This document shows, piece by piece, positions 52,515 through 63,830 of a DNA stretch of 64,000 nt (position 1 is the stretch's first letter; each line of letters opens with the position of its first letter). A model generated the notes under the pieces. That model was not told the DNA's origin, made no database searches, and saw nothing but the letters and a program-made list of their open reading frames with translations. Both the position numbers and the translations under genes were made by a program. Origin of the DNA: Eledone cirrhosa (lineage: Eukaryota); the NCBI GenBank assembly GCA_964016885.1, contig OZ024740.1, positions 57,908,001 to 57,972,000 of the forward strand. Direction: 5' to 3'.

Positions 52515-52553
52515 TGAACCTGAAGATTGCGAAAGCATGAAAGTACTTGTTCA
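52515..52553 (+). ncRNA. Minimal hammerhead ribozyme
   Basis: TGAAC-CTGAAGA-T-TGC(GAAA)GCA-T-GAAA-GTAC-TT-GTTCA. Palindromic GTAC loop 3. Confidence 0.8.
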
Positions 52554-52766
52554 ATTAACACTTAGAATTTAATATTCTATCATACTATTTCATTATAATA
52601 CCATATTATATATATTTTAAAGGATTGTAAATAAAACGAGTAAATCAGACAAAGTTGGAATTCCTCTTATTAATATAATCTTCTCTACACAATCATACAC
52701 ACCCGTGTATATTTACCTATCTATATCTATATATATATATATATATATATGTACATACATACTTAT

Positions 52767-52854
<88 letters not shown>

Positions 52855-52859
<5 letters not shown>

Positions 52860-53058
52860 AACCAGTAAGACCCCGACAGCTGAGCTCAAGCCGTTTCGAC
52901 GGCTAATTCTGGACTCAGAGTCCAGAATTAGCCGTCGAAACGGCTTGAGCTCAGCTGTCGGGGTCTTACTGGTTCCTATTACCCACTCTACTACCTCAAG
53001 TATTGAGTACTTTGGTGCGTTATGGTCCACCTGGTTCCTTACCACATTTCCTTCGTTA
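52855..53058 (+). mobile_element. Perfect 125-bp palindrome (62-bp arms, 1-nt centre at 52917) plus an ~80-bp tail
   Basis: Arms 52855-52916 and 52918-52979. The right arm contains GAAACGGCT(TGAGCTC)AGCTGTC, i.e. hammerhead stem III plus GUC. Confidence 0.9.
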
Positions 53059-53083
53059 TATATATATATATATATATATATAT

Positions 53084-53191
53084 TGAAATTCCAAACATGG
53101 AAGCACGGCCTAGAATCAAAAGGCCTTAAAATTAACCTGGCTAAGACTAAAGTTCTAGTTTGTAGGAAAGAAAATAAGGCGGCGGTCCCTT
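53084..53191 (+). mobile_element. Isolated internal fragment of RTE-A RT (no 3' tail)
   Basis: [35 protein letters not shown], the same peptide as in the 24918-26537 ORF. Confidence 0.9.
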
Positions 53192-53659
53192 AGACATCGG
53201 AGCATTACGCTAGCAACTAACTATGTAAGGATTCACCACTATCAACAGACCCCATGAGGTCTACAGATACACACACAGAGATTGGAGCCCTACTACTACA
53301 AACCATGTACAAGCCACCAGTGGTCTACCACCAATTACAGACCATTCAGAGATATACAAACCATATCTCTCTGTTACTAACTACTACCTCGGACTCCAAA
53401 TTCCAACAACAACAATTATCTGTCGCTCGCTGTTTTCACTCCAACAACAACAATTATCTGTCACTCGCTGTTTTCACACCAACAACAACAACAGACTACA
53501 ACAGCCTCACATCAGCAGCAATAACTACATTAACAACTCTTAGTAACTGTTTTATATGTACTTTTTAATTGATTCACGTGAAGTAAACTATATATAACCA
53601 AATCATTTATTCTTTATATTCCCGTTATTACATTTATTCATATTATACTTTGTTATTAT

Positions 53660-53939
53660 TGTGGTTAGAAAAAGCTATCTCACTTACCGCTTTTCATAGG
53701 CGCCGCTAAATTCCACTGCAGGTACTCCTCTTCCACGTGCGTCCAACTGCTTGACACCGGGAGCTGCCCAAAACTCGCGTCCACACCGTGTGCTGGTCAC
53801 CACTAGAGAGAGGCTCTCTGCTGGCCCTTCCGGTCGAGCATCCTTCCGGCCAAAGACCCCTTCCGGTCGAGCACTCCCCACACCCTTCCAGTCGAGCACT
53901 CCCCCGCCTCCGGCCACCGCACGCCACACCATACCCACA
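53660..53939 (-). repeat. 3' LTR
   Basis: 6 differences counted by eye versus the 5' LTR. Internal CCCTTCCGGTCGAGCA repeats. Confidence 0.96.
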
Positions 53940-53952
53940 CGCCCCCCTAATC

Positions 53953-56800
53953 TCAAGGATCAATTTCCCCCTCGTCCCTCTGCATATGAAAGTCTGCTGT
54001 CCAGGTCGGTGGTCTACGACCTCGTTGCGATCTTCGTAGTATTGGGGCAGAGCTCTGGGTTTCCACCTCATCTTGGGTTTCCTCTTCCCCGGAGTCCGTC
54101 GACACAGTGATTCTTCTTACATCCAGGACATGACGTGGTACCCCGTCCACGGACACATTGTTCTTTGAATTTACGGCCGTCACCGTTCCCCTTCCCTATT
54201 GAGATGTGCAACGTGCATCTGGGGGCTTAACCCAGACTTCTTCGCCCACCTGCACGAATGCACTCTCCCTCCCCACTGGCCGTTGTGGTGGCGTGCACGG
54301 GTGCCGCCACTCGTATTTGAATACTGCTCTATGTGGCACTGATTCCTCGACCTGTCCAACCCGAGGGGACATATTGTACCAGAACACTGCCTCCATTGGT
54401 GAGATATGGCCCCGCTCCGCCATTGCCTTGATCGTCCGGTGGTGTCGCTCCACGATTCCATTCCCGCTCGGCCTGTGCGCCGCTCTGAAGAAACAGTCCA
54501 CCTTCCATCCATCGAGAATCTCCCTCAGTGCCTCCGAGCGGAACGCTGCGCTGTTGTCTATCAGCAGTTCGTCCACAGGGCCCCGCTCCAAGAACACCTC
54601 TCTCAACGTCCGCACGATTTCCTCGGCCGTTCCAGTCTTCATCTCCCTCCATATCGCCACTCGACCTGGTCCACAGTCGACCATCGAGAGGTACGTTCCC
54701 TGCCCGTAGTGCGTCACATCCACCGCTAATCGCTTCCAGTCGCGATCCACCGGGAGGCTTCCCGTTTCGTGTACACCCGGGGCGGGATCAATGGACTGAC
54801 ATCGGACGCAGCCTCTAACCACCCCCCGAACACTGTGTCTGCTAACGTCCGAGTCAATTCTCCTGGCTAGGAACAGGCTCCTATCCACCCCCATGTGGTG
54901 CATGTCATGCAACCCCTTCAGGTCTAACTCGGTCAGCCAACACACGGCAGCTATCTCACCCTCTACCTCCTCCGGCGCTTCCATCCAGGCTTTCTTCACT
55001 CTAGTTAAGATGTCCGCCCTATTTTTCTCTGAGGGCACGAACACTACGCTCAGCTTCGGGTCAAACTCGGTGGCCAGCTCTCCTAACGTTCCCAGGCGGC
55101 GCTTTATCAGCATCTCCGCCGCGCCTCTCGTTCGCACTCTCTTCTCACTGGTGAGCACTGATCTTACCCATCCGAGTACAGTAGCCGAGTCGGTGCGTAT
55201 CTCGATGGTGCGCAGCCCCCACCGCAGGGCGAGGTTCACCCCTCTCAACACCGTGTCCAGCTCGGCCACATTGATGTGGCTGCAGTCGTCCTTCTTTCTA
55301 AGCCAGGCTGCATCCTCGACCTCAACACCTCCTATCTCCAACGTGACACCCAGCGCTATGCTGCTGGCATCGCACCATACGGTCCCGCTCTGTGATTTGG
55401 GAACGTACCAGCGTCCCCGCACTGGGTCGTCGGCCTTCACCCTCCCCACGATCTCCTGCATCATGGCCATCGTCCTCTCTCCCACTCTGTCACTCCAAGT
55501 CACCCTCCCGCTCGTCTCTTGACATAGCTGCATGCCGTCCGGAGCCACCCAGCGATCGGGTAGTGACCCACCAGCTTTCCACACACCGAAAAAAGCTCCA
55601 GCCTATTCATACTTGGGCCCAGTTCCGGAACTTCGTTTCCCCTCTGGAACACCAAAACGCCCGTCTTGTCTCGCCGTAGCCTAAGTCCCAGCGCGGCTCC
55701 TCCCTCCAATGCTTCTGATGGCTTCGCAGTCAGTCCATACCTCTGCAAATGGCTCGTGACCTCCGCCGTCGACACCACCGACTCGTCCACTAGGATGTCG
55801 TCAATATAGGAGTTAGTAGCCCTCTTTATCTTGTCGGCCCTCCCCAGAGCGGTCTTGAGGACCGCCGCCATGATCTTCGGTGCGGAGCTCAGCCCGAAAC
55901 CGAGCCTGGTCAGGCAATATGTCCGGCCCTTATACCTGACCAGCTGATACCGCCAGAGCTTCTCATCTATATGCAACTGCAAGTAAGCCGACTTTAGATC
56001 CACGATCGCTGAACCCCCCGTCATGCGTCTCCACTCACGCAGGGTTTCCCCACAGACATCCGTGACCTCGCCACCCGTGTGGCATGACACGTGCTCGTTC
56101 AGCTCCCGATAGTCCAGCACCGGCCTCACCTTGCTCTTCGTGGGTTGCACCACCGCCATCAACGGCAATACTCCGCACTTCACCTCCTCCTTCCAGGGAA
56201 GCAGTATGCCCTCTTCGATCCATCTCTCTACTTCTCGCTCGAACTCGCTCCTAGCGTTTCCCTTCAATGTGTGTTGATAGCAGCCCACTTTGGTCTTCAG
56301 TGTTGGTGGTTCTCCCTTCCAGTACCACTCAACAACCCATCGCTGCCCATCAAATACGGCCTTGAAGTCTTTGTCCTGTACAGTGTAAGCGGGGTATTCC
56401 TCCTCGTGGGCCTTCTGGTCTCATGACGTGTACTCACCGCGCATACCGATGCAGCGGCGCCAAACGACACACCGACATTGTTCACCGTGACGCCCCCTAG
56501 ACGGCCAATCGCGTCCATGCCCATAACCACGCCGATCCCATCCACCACACTGTCTACCACGATGGCGGAAAGCCTTATCCTCCTTCCCCGTACCGCTATT
56601 TCCATCTCGCTGCGACCTCGGCATTCAATTTTCCTGCCGTCAACTGCCCTTACGCTGCTCTTCCCTCCCCACCTCTGCGCCACCCCCGCGGTCACCAGTG
56701 TCGTCGTACAGCCCGTATCCACGAGGGCTCGCTGTGGCTTCCCCTTCACGAAGACTTCCACCACGGGCAGCGCCGCTACTCGTAAGGGGCAACTACCGGC
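53953..56800 (-). pseudogene. pol: pol: protease, RT, RNase H, integrase (several frameshifts)
   Basis: ALVDTGC; LDYRELN, VDLKSAYLQ, YIDD; WCDAS; H..H..C..C, VDVTH, LIDN, GIVERHHR. Confidence 0.93.
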
Positions 56801-57536
56801 GCAGTAGTTCCCCTTGGATCGTTTCCCTGGTCGCAGTTAGTAGCGATGTGGCCTGGTCGCTTACACCGGTAGCAAATTATCTCCGGCTTCGACTCTCTAC
56901 AGTCTCTAGCCATATGCGGGCCCTGGCACCGAAAACAGCGCCCCCTAAACGCATGCGGACGGCCGCGTGCCGAGGTTGCCTCCCTTTCACCATTTCGCTG
57001 CCAGGTGTCCTGAGCCTCCGTAGTTGCTATCGCCGCAACACTCTTTTTGGCATCTTCCGTTATGATCTGGGCTTGTTCCACCAGTAAACGCATTTCTATC
57101 TCTTTATAACCCGGGACTTGCTGCAGTTTCACCGCTATGTCGTCCGGAAATCCATTGATGAACGCCAACCGCACCGTGCGTTCGCATTCCGCCTGGTAAC
57201 CGGCCAACATAGCCAACCGCCTTATTTCCGCTGCGAAAATGTCGACGCGCTCACCATTCCAGCTGATTCTCGCCAGCTTAGCAAAAGCCGCCAACGGTCC
57301 CTCGGCGAATGCTCCATCAGAGGCCTCTCAATCTTCTGCACATCTCTTTGGCTGTGCTCGTCCAACTCAAGGAAGAGTACCAGCGCGTCGCCCTCGAGGT
57401 ACAATGCCATGAGGCCGGCCACGTCCTCTATCTTCTGCAAGCTTGCGACGAGCCGAACCTTCCGCAGCCAAGCGACAACATTACCTTCCCCGGTGAATGC
57501 CCTGATAGCTTCGTTCATCGGTAGTCTTGTCGCCAT
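56776..57536 (-). pseudogene. gag: gag with two CCHC zinc knuckles (one frameshift near 57310)
   Basis: CFRCQGPHMARDC and CYRCKRPGHIATNC. Confidence 0.9.
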
Positions 57537-57598
57537 CTTCTGATTTGTCTTGCGGAAAGTGTATTTTTTTTTTTTTTTTTTCAGTCGCCGAAATAGCT

Positions 57599-57878
57599 TG
57601 TGGTTAGAAAAAGCTATCTCACTTACCGCTTTTCACAGGCGCCGCTAAATCCCACTGCAGGTACTCCTCTTCTACGTGCGTCCTACTGCTTGACACCGGG
57701 AGCTGCCCAAAACTCGCGTCCACACCGTGTGCTGGTCACCACTAGAGAGAGGCTCTCTGCTGGCCCTTCCGGTCGAGCATCCTTCCGGCCAAAGACCCCT
57801 TCCGGTCGAGCACTCCCCACACCCTTCCGGTCAAGCACTCCCCCGCCTCCGGCCACCGCACGCCACACCATACCCACA
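57599..57878 (-). repeat. 5' LTR
   Basis: Direct repeat of 53660-53939. Confidence 0.96.
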
Positions 57879-57987
57879 ATTATCATATCAACTAATAACC
57901 ACATATAATCATCTAATTTTTCATTTTAAATATATAAGCAGGGAAAAAGCGGACGTAAAATGAAATGATGATGTATATATATATATA

Positions 57988-58320
57988 TCATCATCATCAT
58001 CATCATTTCATTTTACGTCCACTTTTTCCCCGCTTGCAAGGGAACTGACTCTGGCGGGATTTCTACAGCTGGATGCCCTTCCCAACACTAACTTCATTTA
58101 CAGTGAGTGCTGCGTGCTTTTCTTTTTTCCGTGGCACCTCCACGACCACTTTGCAGTGGAATGATATGGATCCCAGTCCTTATCATCTCATTTCTACAGT
58201 TGAGTAAACTGGAGCAATGTGAAATAAAGTGTCTTGCTCAAGGAAACAACACCTCACCCGGTCTGAGAATTGAACTCACAACCTTTCGATTGCAAGGCCA
58301 ATGCTCTAACCACTAAGCCA
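57988..58320 (-). mobile_element. Composite tRNA-derived SINE (family 4), full head
   Basis: TGGCTTAGTGG box A and GAGTTCAATTC box B; collinear with 50508-50830. Confidence 0.88.
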
Positions 58321-58499
58321 TATATATATATATATATATATAAACGCACACATACATATATAATCATACACAGACACATAAACACACACACACACACATT
58401 TATACATACACACACATACATATAAACACACATTCATATACACACCCACTTTACTGTGAAACCCAATATTAAAGTATTTTTCTTCCCGCCTATATTTAT

Positions 58500-59945
58500 T
58501 GTGTCCCTCTCTCTCAAAATATTACCCCTCTCTCACTAAAACATTCTCACCCTCTCTACATACCGCTGAATGCTTCACTCTCTCTCACTAGACCAACTTT
58601 CTTCCTTTCTCACTAAACCACCAAACTCTCTCCCCCTCTCAATATCCCACTACATACCTCACTCTCTCTTACTCTCACAATAAACCACAAAAATGTACCA
58701 CTACATACTTCACTCTATCATTCTGACAATTCTCCCTCTCTCCCCAAACCACCAAACTCACTGCCACTCTCGTAATTCCCACTCTCTCACTAGACCACCA
58801 AACTTTCTCCCCCCCTCACTATATTCCACTACATGCTTCACTCTCTATCGCTTTCAAAATTAACCCTCTCTTACAACACCACTAAACTCTCTGCCTCACT
58901 TTTATCCCAAGACATACATCACTCTCTCTCACAATTCGCCCTCTCTCATTAGAACACCAAATTCTCTCCCTCTTTCTATATTCCACTACATAACTCACTC
59001 TCTTCCATGCACTTAATTCCCCCCTCTCTCTAAGCCAACAAATTCTCTCCTGCTCTCTATATCCCACTACATACCTCACTCTCTTAATTCCCCTTCTGTC
59101 ACTAGCCCAACAAATTCTATCCCTCTCTCTATATCTCACTATATACCTCACTCCCTTAATTTCCCCTCTCTCATTAAACGAACCAACTCCCTCCCCCTCT
59201 CTCTATCCTACTACATACCTCACTCTCACTAGACCACCAATCTATCTCCCCATCTCTATATCCCACTACATACTTCTCTCTCTCTCACAGTATCCCCCCC
59301 CTCTCACTAGACCACCAAATCCTTTCCCTCTATATATTCCGCTACATAAATCACTCTATTTCAGTCTCTTAATTCCACCTCTTTCACTAAACCAACAAAT
59401 AACTTCCCGCTCTCAATATCCCAATACATACCTCACTCTCGCTCACAATTCCCCCTCTCTCACTATACGACCAAATTCTCTCCCCCTCTCTATATTCCAC
59501 TACATACATCACTATTTCTCACTCTCACAATATCCCCTCTCTCACCAGGCCAATAAAGTTTCTCCTCTCTATATCCCACTACATTCTATACTCTCTCACA
59601 AGACTACCAAATTCCCCCCTCTCTATATTCCACTACATATCTTACTCTCTTTCACTCTCTTAATTCCCCCTCTCTCACTAAACCAACAAACACTCTCCCG
59701 CTCTCTATATCTTACTGCATAGAACACACTTTCTCGCAATTGTCCCTCTCTCACTAGACCACCAAATTCTCTCCCCTCTATATTCCACTACATACTTCAC
59801 TCTCTTAATTCTCACTCTCTCACTAAACCAACAAATTCTCTCCCGCTCTCTATATTCCACTAAATACGTCACCCCCTCTTACTCTCACAATACCCTCTCA
59901 CTAAACCAACAAATTCTCTCTTCCTCTCTATATCTCACTACAATA
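58500..59945. repeat. Diverged pyrimidine-rich minisatellite, ~55-75-bp unit
   Basis: Recurring CTCTCACTA(G/A)ACCA(C/A)CAAATTCTCTCCC..CTCTATAT(T/C)CCACTACATACCTCACT, about 20 copies. Confidence 0.88.
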
Positions 59946-60219
59946 TTTTTTACTTTGAAACAACAAATGTTTTCATCTTCTGTAAAGAACGACAAAGTTC
60001 TCCATCCCATTCTCCACCTTTTGAACCCCTGGTGTGTGGGGGTGATTTTCGGGGGGGGGGGGGGGGGGGGCTTTTGTTGAATTATTTGACAGGAGTTAAA
60101 AATGTGTTGGTGGAGGGTGGGGTTGTGGTGTTGGTAGTAGTGCGGTGGTGGTTGTAGTGGTCGTGTTGTTGGTGGTGTTTGCTTATTTGAATCTATCTAT
60201 CTATCTATCCATCAAACTA

Positions 60220-60400
60220 TCTATATACTACTAAAACTCTATGATTGTGTGCTTGTCTGTAATTTAATATAGCCAAAACGGCGCATAATGGTGAAATACT
60301 TTGAAAGGAAGTTGCCCCTGAAATGGGAATACAAATGGAATAAAACAATTTTCGCGGAAATCGGATATGGTGTTTTTCCGGATACCTTCATAAATAGAGA
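60220..60400 (+). mobile_element. Possible Helitron 5' end fragment
   Basis: A|TCTATATACTACTAAAACTC...TGTGTGCTTGTCTG resembles non-autonomous Helitron 5' termini. Confidence 0.45.
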
Positions 60401-60427
60401 GAGAGAGAAAGATACACACACACACAC

Positions 60428-60524
<97 letters not shown>

Positions 60525-60543
60525 TGTGTGTGTGTGTACACAC

Positions 60544-60601
<58 letters not shown>

Positions 60602-60849
60602 ATACACACACAGATATATATATATTTATATATATATATATATATGGGCCTTCCAATTTCATTTTACATTATATACATGTCTGTATATTCTAATTATTTA
60701 AAAATTATCAAGTAGATTTTAAAAAAAACATTTTTAGACGAACGTTAACCATCAAGAAATATAGAGGTACCTACTTATATATATGTATATCTGTAAGAAA
60801 ATTTAAAATTTAATCTATTTAGTATATATATATATATATATATATATAT

Positions 60850-60925
60850 TACCCACTCTACTACGCCAAGTATCGAGTACTCTGGTGGGTTATGGTCCAC
60901 CTGGTATTTTAGCAACCCTATCTGA
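60850..60925 (+). mobile_element. Tail-only copy of the 47362/52855 family
   Basis: (TA)n|TACCCACTCTACTACGCCAAGTATCGAGTACTCTGGTGGGTTATGGTCCACCTGG. Confidence 0.75.
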
Positions 60926-60944
60926 TATATATATATATATATAG

Positions 60945-61112
60945 CTAAGATGATCTTGTAAAGTTTCCGCCTACCAAATTCCACCCACTAACCATCGGTC
61001 AACTTGATGCTACAGTAAAAGACACTTGTCCAAAATGCAATGCAGGGTAGTGGCATTGAAACCAAAACCACGAGGTTACAGAGAAAACTCCTTAACCATA
61101 CAAACATGTCTG
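60945..61112 (-). mobile_element. Diverged tRNA-derived SINE (family 5)
   Basis: TGGTTAAGGAG..TGGTTTCAATGCCACT..TTGGACAAGTGTCTTTTACTGTAGC. Confidence 0.65.
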
Positions 61113-61189
61113 CATCTATATTCATATTTATAACGATTGAAGTATTTAAGTATTTGTAACGAATTTTATTTACAATTGTATAAATAATA

Positions 61190-62168
61190 CTAGCAGCAGG
61201 GCCCGGCGTTGCACGCGGTAGGAAACGTGAAATAACAACACGCATATGCAAAGATTGAGGAATGTAGCTGTGTACTTTTTGAATTCCCTTATTCTCAGGG
61301 AATGATTGTTCATCTACTGGAAACGTAGAACACCAGCAGGCCGAATTCAGTAGTAACAGTGTCAATGGGCTGATTGCGGAAATCCTGTAAGCGAAAGGAG
61401 TAAATAAGTGTTGCGGGGCGATGTATGTCGTAAGTCTGTTCACGAATTACGTCAGGGATGGGGAACACACTCCAGTCTGAAGGAGCGACATAATCAATTG
61501 TGTGAAAACCAAGTATGGATGTACGTTTAAGTAGGGATATTGAGATGATGAAATCAGCGTGGCGACGCAGCTGCAGCAGGAGGGGGTCATAGTGCAATTA
61601 GCACAAACGCTGGTGGCACTGGTTGCACTGCGTTTACACAGCAACAAAGGTGTGACAAAAGGGGTCACCGCGGAATTAGCACAACCGCTGTTCGGCGTAC
61701 TTGAGCAGGGCGTTCATACTCCGGTGTAGGTGCAACAAAAGGGGTCTTAGTAGAAGTAGCACAGACGTGAGTTTTACGGCGTCAATAACACAGCAACGTA
61801 CACAGGGCCGGGATTTTCGCATGATGAAAGCACGAAGCGTCAACAGGGCGCCGACAAAAAATTTAAGGTCCTCCTCATTTCCTCAATCCCCCAAAAATGG
61901 TGCTGCGTAAAAGTAAGTAAGTGTTGTGTCCTCTGTTAAATAAACCAAATTTAACGAAATATTATACGCTACTTACGATATTTAAAAGCCTAAAAATGCC
62001 TTTAAAATGCGGTTTTTCGCCTAGGACAGAAAAAGTTAATTTTTTTTTTAGCTCATTGCACTTCAAGAAATATAAGTAACCGATATGTAAAGTTTGAAAA
62101 AAATCGGTCGGGTACTTCTCGAATTTTAGGGATTTACACACAGACAGACATCCTGTTTTATATATAGA
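61190..62168 (-). mobile_element. Non-autonomous Helitron 1
   Basis: 5' TCTATATATAAAA and (GTCT)n; 3' CCGCGTGCAACGCCGG hairpin-like segment plus CTAG|T. Confidence 0.8.
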
Positions 62169-63097
62169 CTAGCAGAAAACCACCCGGTGGGCGGTTTTCT
62201 GCTAACAAATCTAGTGTATATACTGATATTGTTGAGATTTGGATGAGAAATGTTTTCGGCACCACATGTTCACCGTCTCTCGGTGTGTCTTTAATGCATG
62301 TATAAATATATATGTTATCTATACGGTGAAATCTTTGAAATAAATATATGTTAAAACGAAAAAGGAGAAAATAAATAACTGGCGGTTAGAAAAAAATATT
62401 CCTATGAAATTTTAATCATACCATTAGGTGTGAATAAGGAAATATTTTTTTATTGTCAAAACAAATGTTCAAAAGTTAAACTTCAAATTTTTGAATTATT
62501 TCCAATTTTTTCATGAAATTGAACACTGGACATTGGCTGCTGGAAATGGAAATTAAATCGTATTTAATTGTATTTAAATTTCTAACCTTATTTTATTATT
62601 TATATTTTTCAATAAGAAATAAAAAAAAAACATCAACAAAAATTGAAGAAAAAAATTGAACAAATCAAACGTAGGTTATGGAACTGCGCAATCTGATTAA
62701 TAAATTACCTCATCAGCAACAACCTTCTTCAAATGGTCCTTATTATCAGCAGCAACAACCACATATTCAATGGCAACCTTCTTCGTATGGTGTCAAGTCA
62801 GAACCGCCTCGAACTGGTTACTTCTGGCTTGTGCAAGGTGTCTCTATAGCAACCAGCGATTCCCTCGGCCTCAGTGACCAAAGTCAGTGGAGAGGGGAAG
62901 GTAATGTTTCTATAAAGGAAGGGGAAGGTAATATTTCTGTAGCACGTGTTTTAGCGTCTATTCACTCTCTCTGTCTCCCTCCCGCTATCCCCCTCACGTA
63001 GTCTGTCTCTGTCTTTCACTCTCACTCTCTCTCTACGCACGTGTTTCCACTGTCGGACAGACAGACAGAGAAATTGCTGGTTATATATATAAGTAGA
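62169..63097 (-). mobile_element. Non-autonomous Helitron 2
   Basis: 5' TCTACTTATATATATAA and (GTCT)n. Its 3' CTAG is joined directly to the TC of Helitron 1. Confidence 0.78.
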
Positions 63098-63602
63098 CTA
63101 GCAGAAAACCACCCGGTGGGCGGTTTTCTGCTAGCAAATCTAGTGTATATACTGATATTGTTGAGATTTGGATGAGAAATGTTTTCGGCACCACATGTTC
63201 ACCGTCTCTCGGTGTGTCTTTTATGCATGTATAAATATATATGTTATCTATACGGTGAAATCTTTGAAATAAATATATGTTAAAACGAAAAAGGAGAAAA
63301 AGAGATTAGTGACGGAAATATAAACGTTATGATACATAAACGTTATGATATAACGATGGAAATATATATTCAAATGGTCCTTGGCATGGTGTCAAGTTAG
63401 AACCGCCTCGAACTGGTTACTTCTGGCTTGTGCAAGGTGTCTATATAGCAACCAGCGATTCCTTCGGCCTCAGTGACCAAAGTCAGTGGAGAGGGGAAGG
63501 TAATGTTTCTATAGCGACAGTGTTTCTCTTGGTAGTACCAAAGTGGAGAAAGGAAGGGGAAGGTAATATTTCTGTAGCACCTACATTTGAGTTTTAGGGA
63601 AG

Positions 63603-63636
<34 letters not shown>

Positions 63637-63830
63637 GAAATGCCCATATATTTCTGTGTGTGTATATATATATATATATATTACACACAGAGAAATGTAT
63701 ATATATTTCTGTGTGTATATATATATATATTACACACACAGAAATGTATATATATTTCTGTGTGCATATATATATATTTCTGTGTGTGTATATATATATA
63801 TATTACACACACAGAAATGTATATATATTT
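63098..63830 (-). mobile_element. Non-autonomous Helitron 3 (paralog of 2), 5' end decayed into a ~40-bp repeat
   Basis: 63098-63300 is nearly identical to 62169-62371. 63388-63580 matches 62789-62945. Confidence 0.75.

Larger units (their letters stand above)
51630..52705 (+). mobile_element. Penelope-like element 3, 3' part (GIY-YIG and pLTR)
   Basis: GIY-YIG ORF, 3' region with HHR, ends in (TA)n. Confidence 0.9.
53660..57878 (-). mobile_element. Full-length Ty3/Gypsy LTR retrotransposon (4.2 kb), frameshifted
   Basis: 280-bp TG...CA LTRs, 5-bp TSD ATTAT (53655-53659 and 57879-57883), PPT-like GAGATTAGGGGGGCG before the 3' LTR, domain order gag-PR-RT-RH-IN. Confidence 0.97.

Noticed and set aside
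53224-53659. Possible solo LTR (TGTAAGG start, 43-bp internal duplication) hosting the Gypsy insertion
   Set aside because: No defined 3' end or TSD could be identified.
54206-57543. Plus-strand ORFs over the Gypsy element (and antisense ORFs over the RTE/CR1 copies)
   Set aside because: Shadow frames of GC-rich coding sequence on the opposite strand.
58250-58320. Functional tRNA gene
   Set aside because: It is a SINE head: there is no acceptor stem and it continues into the SINE body.
62678-63001. Gln-rich 107-aa ORF
   Set aside because: It lies inside a non-autonomous Helitron, is built from short repeats, and is not preserved in the paralog at 63098+.
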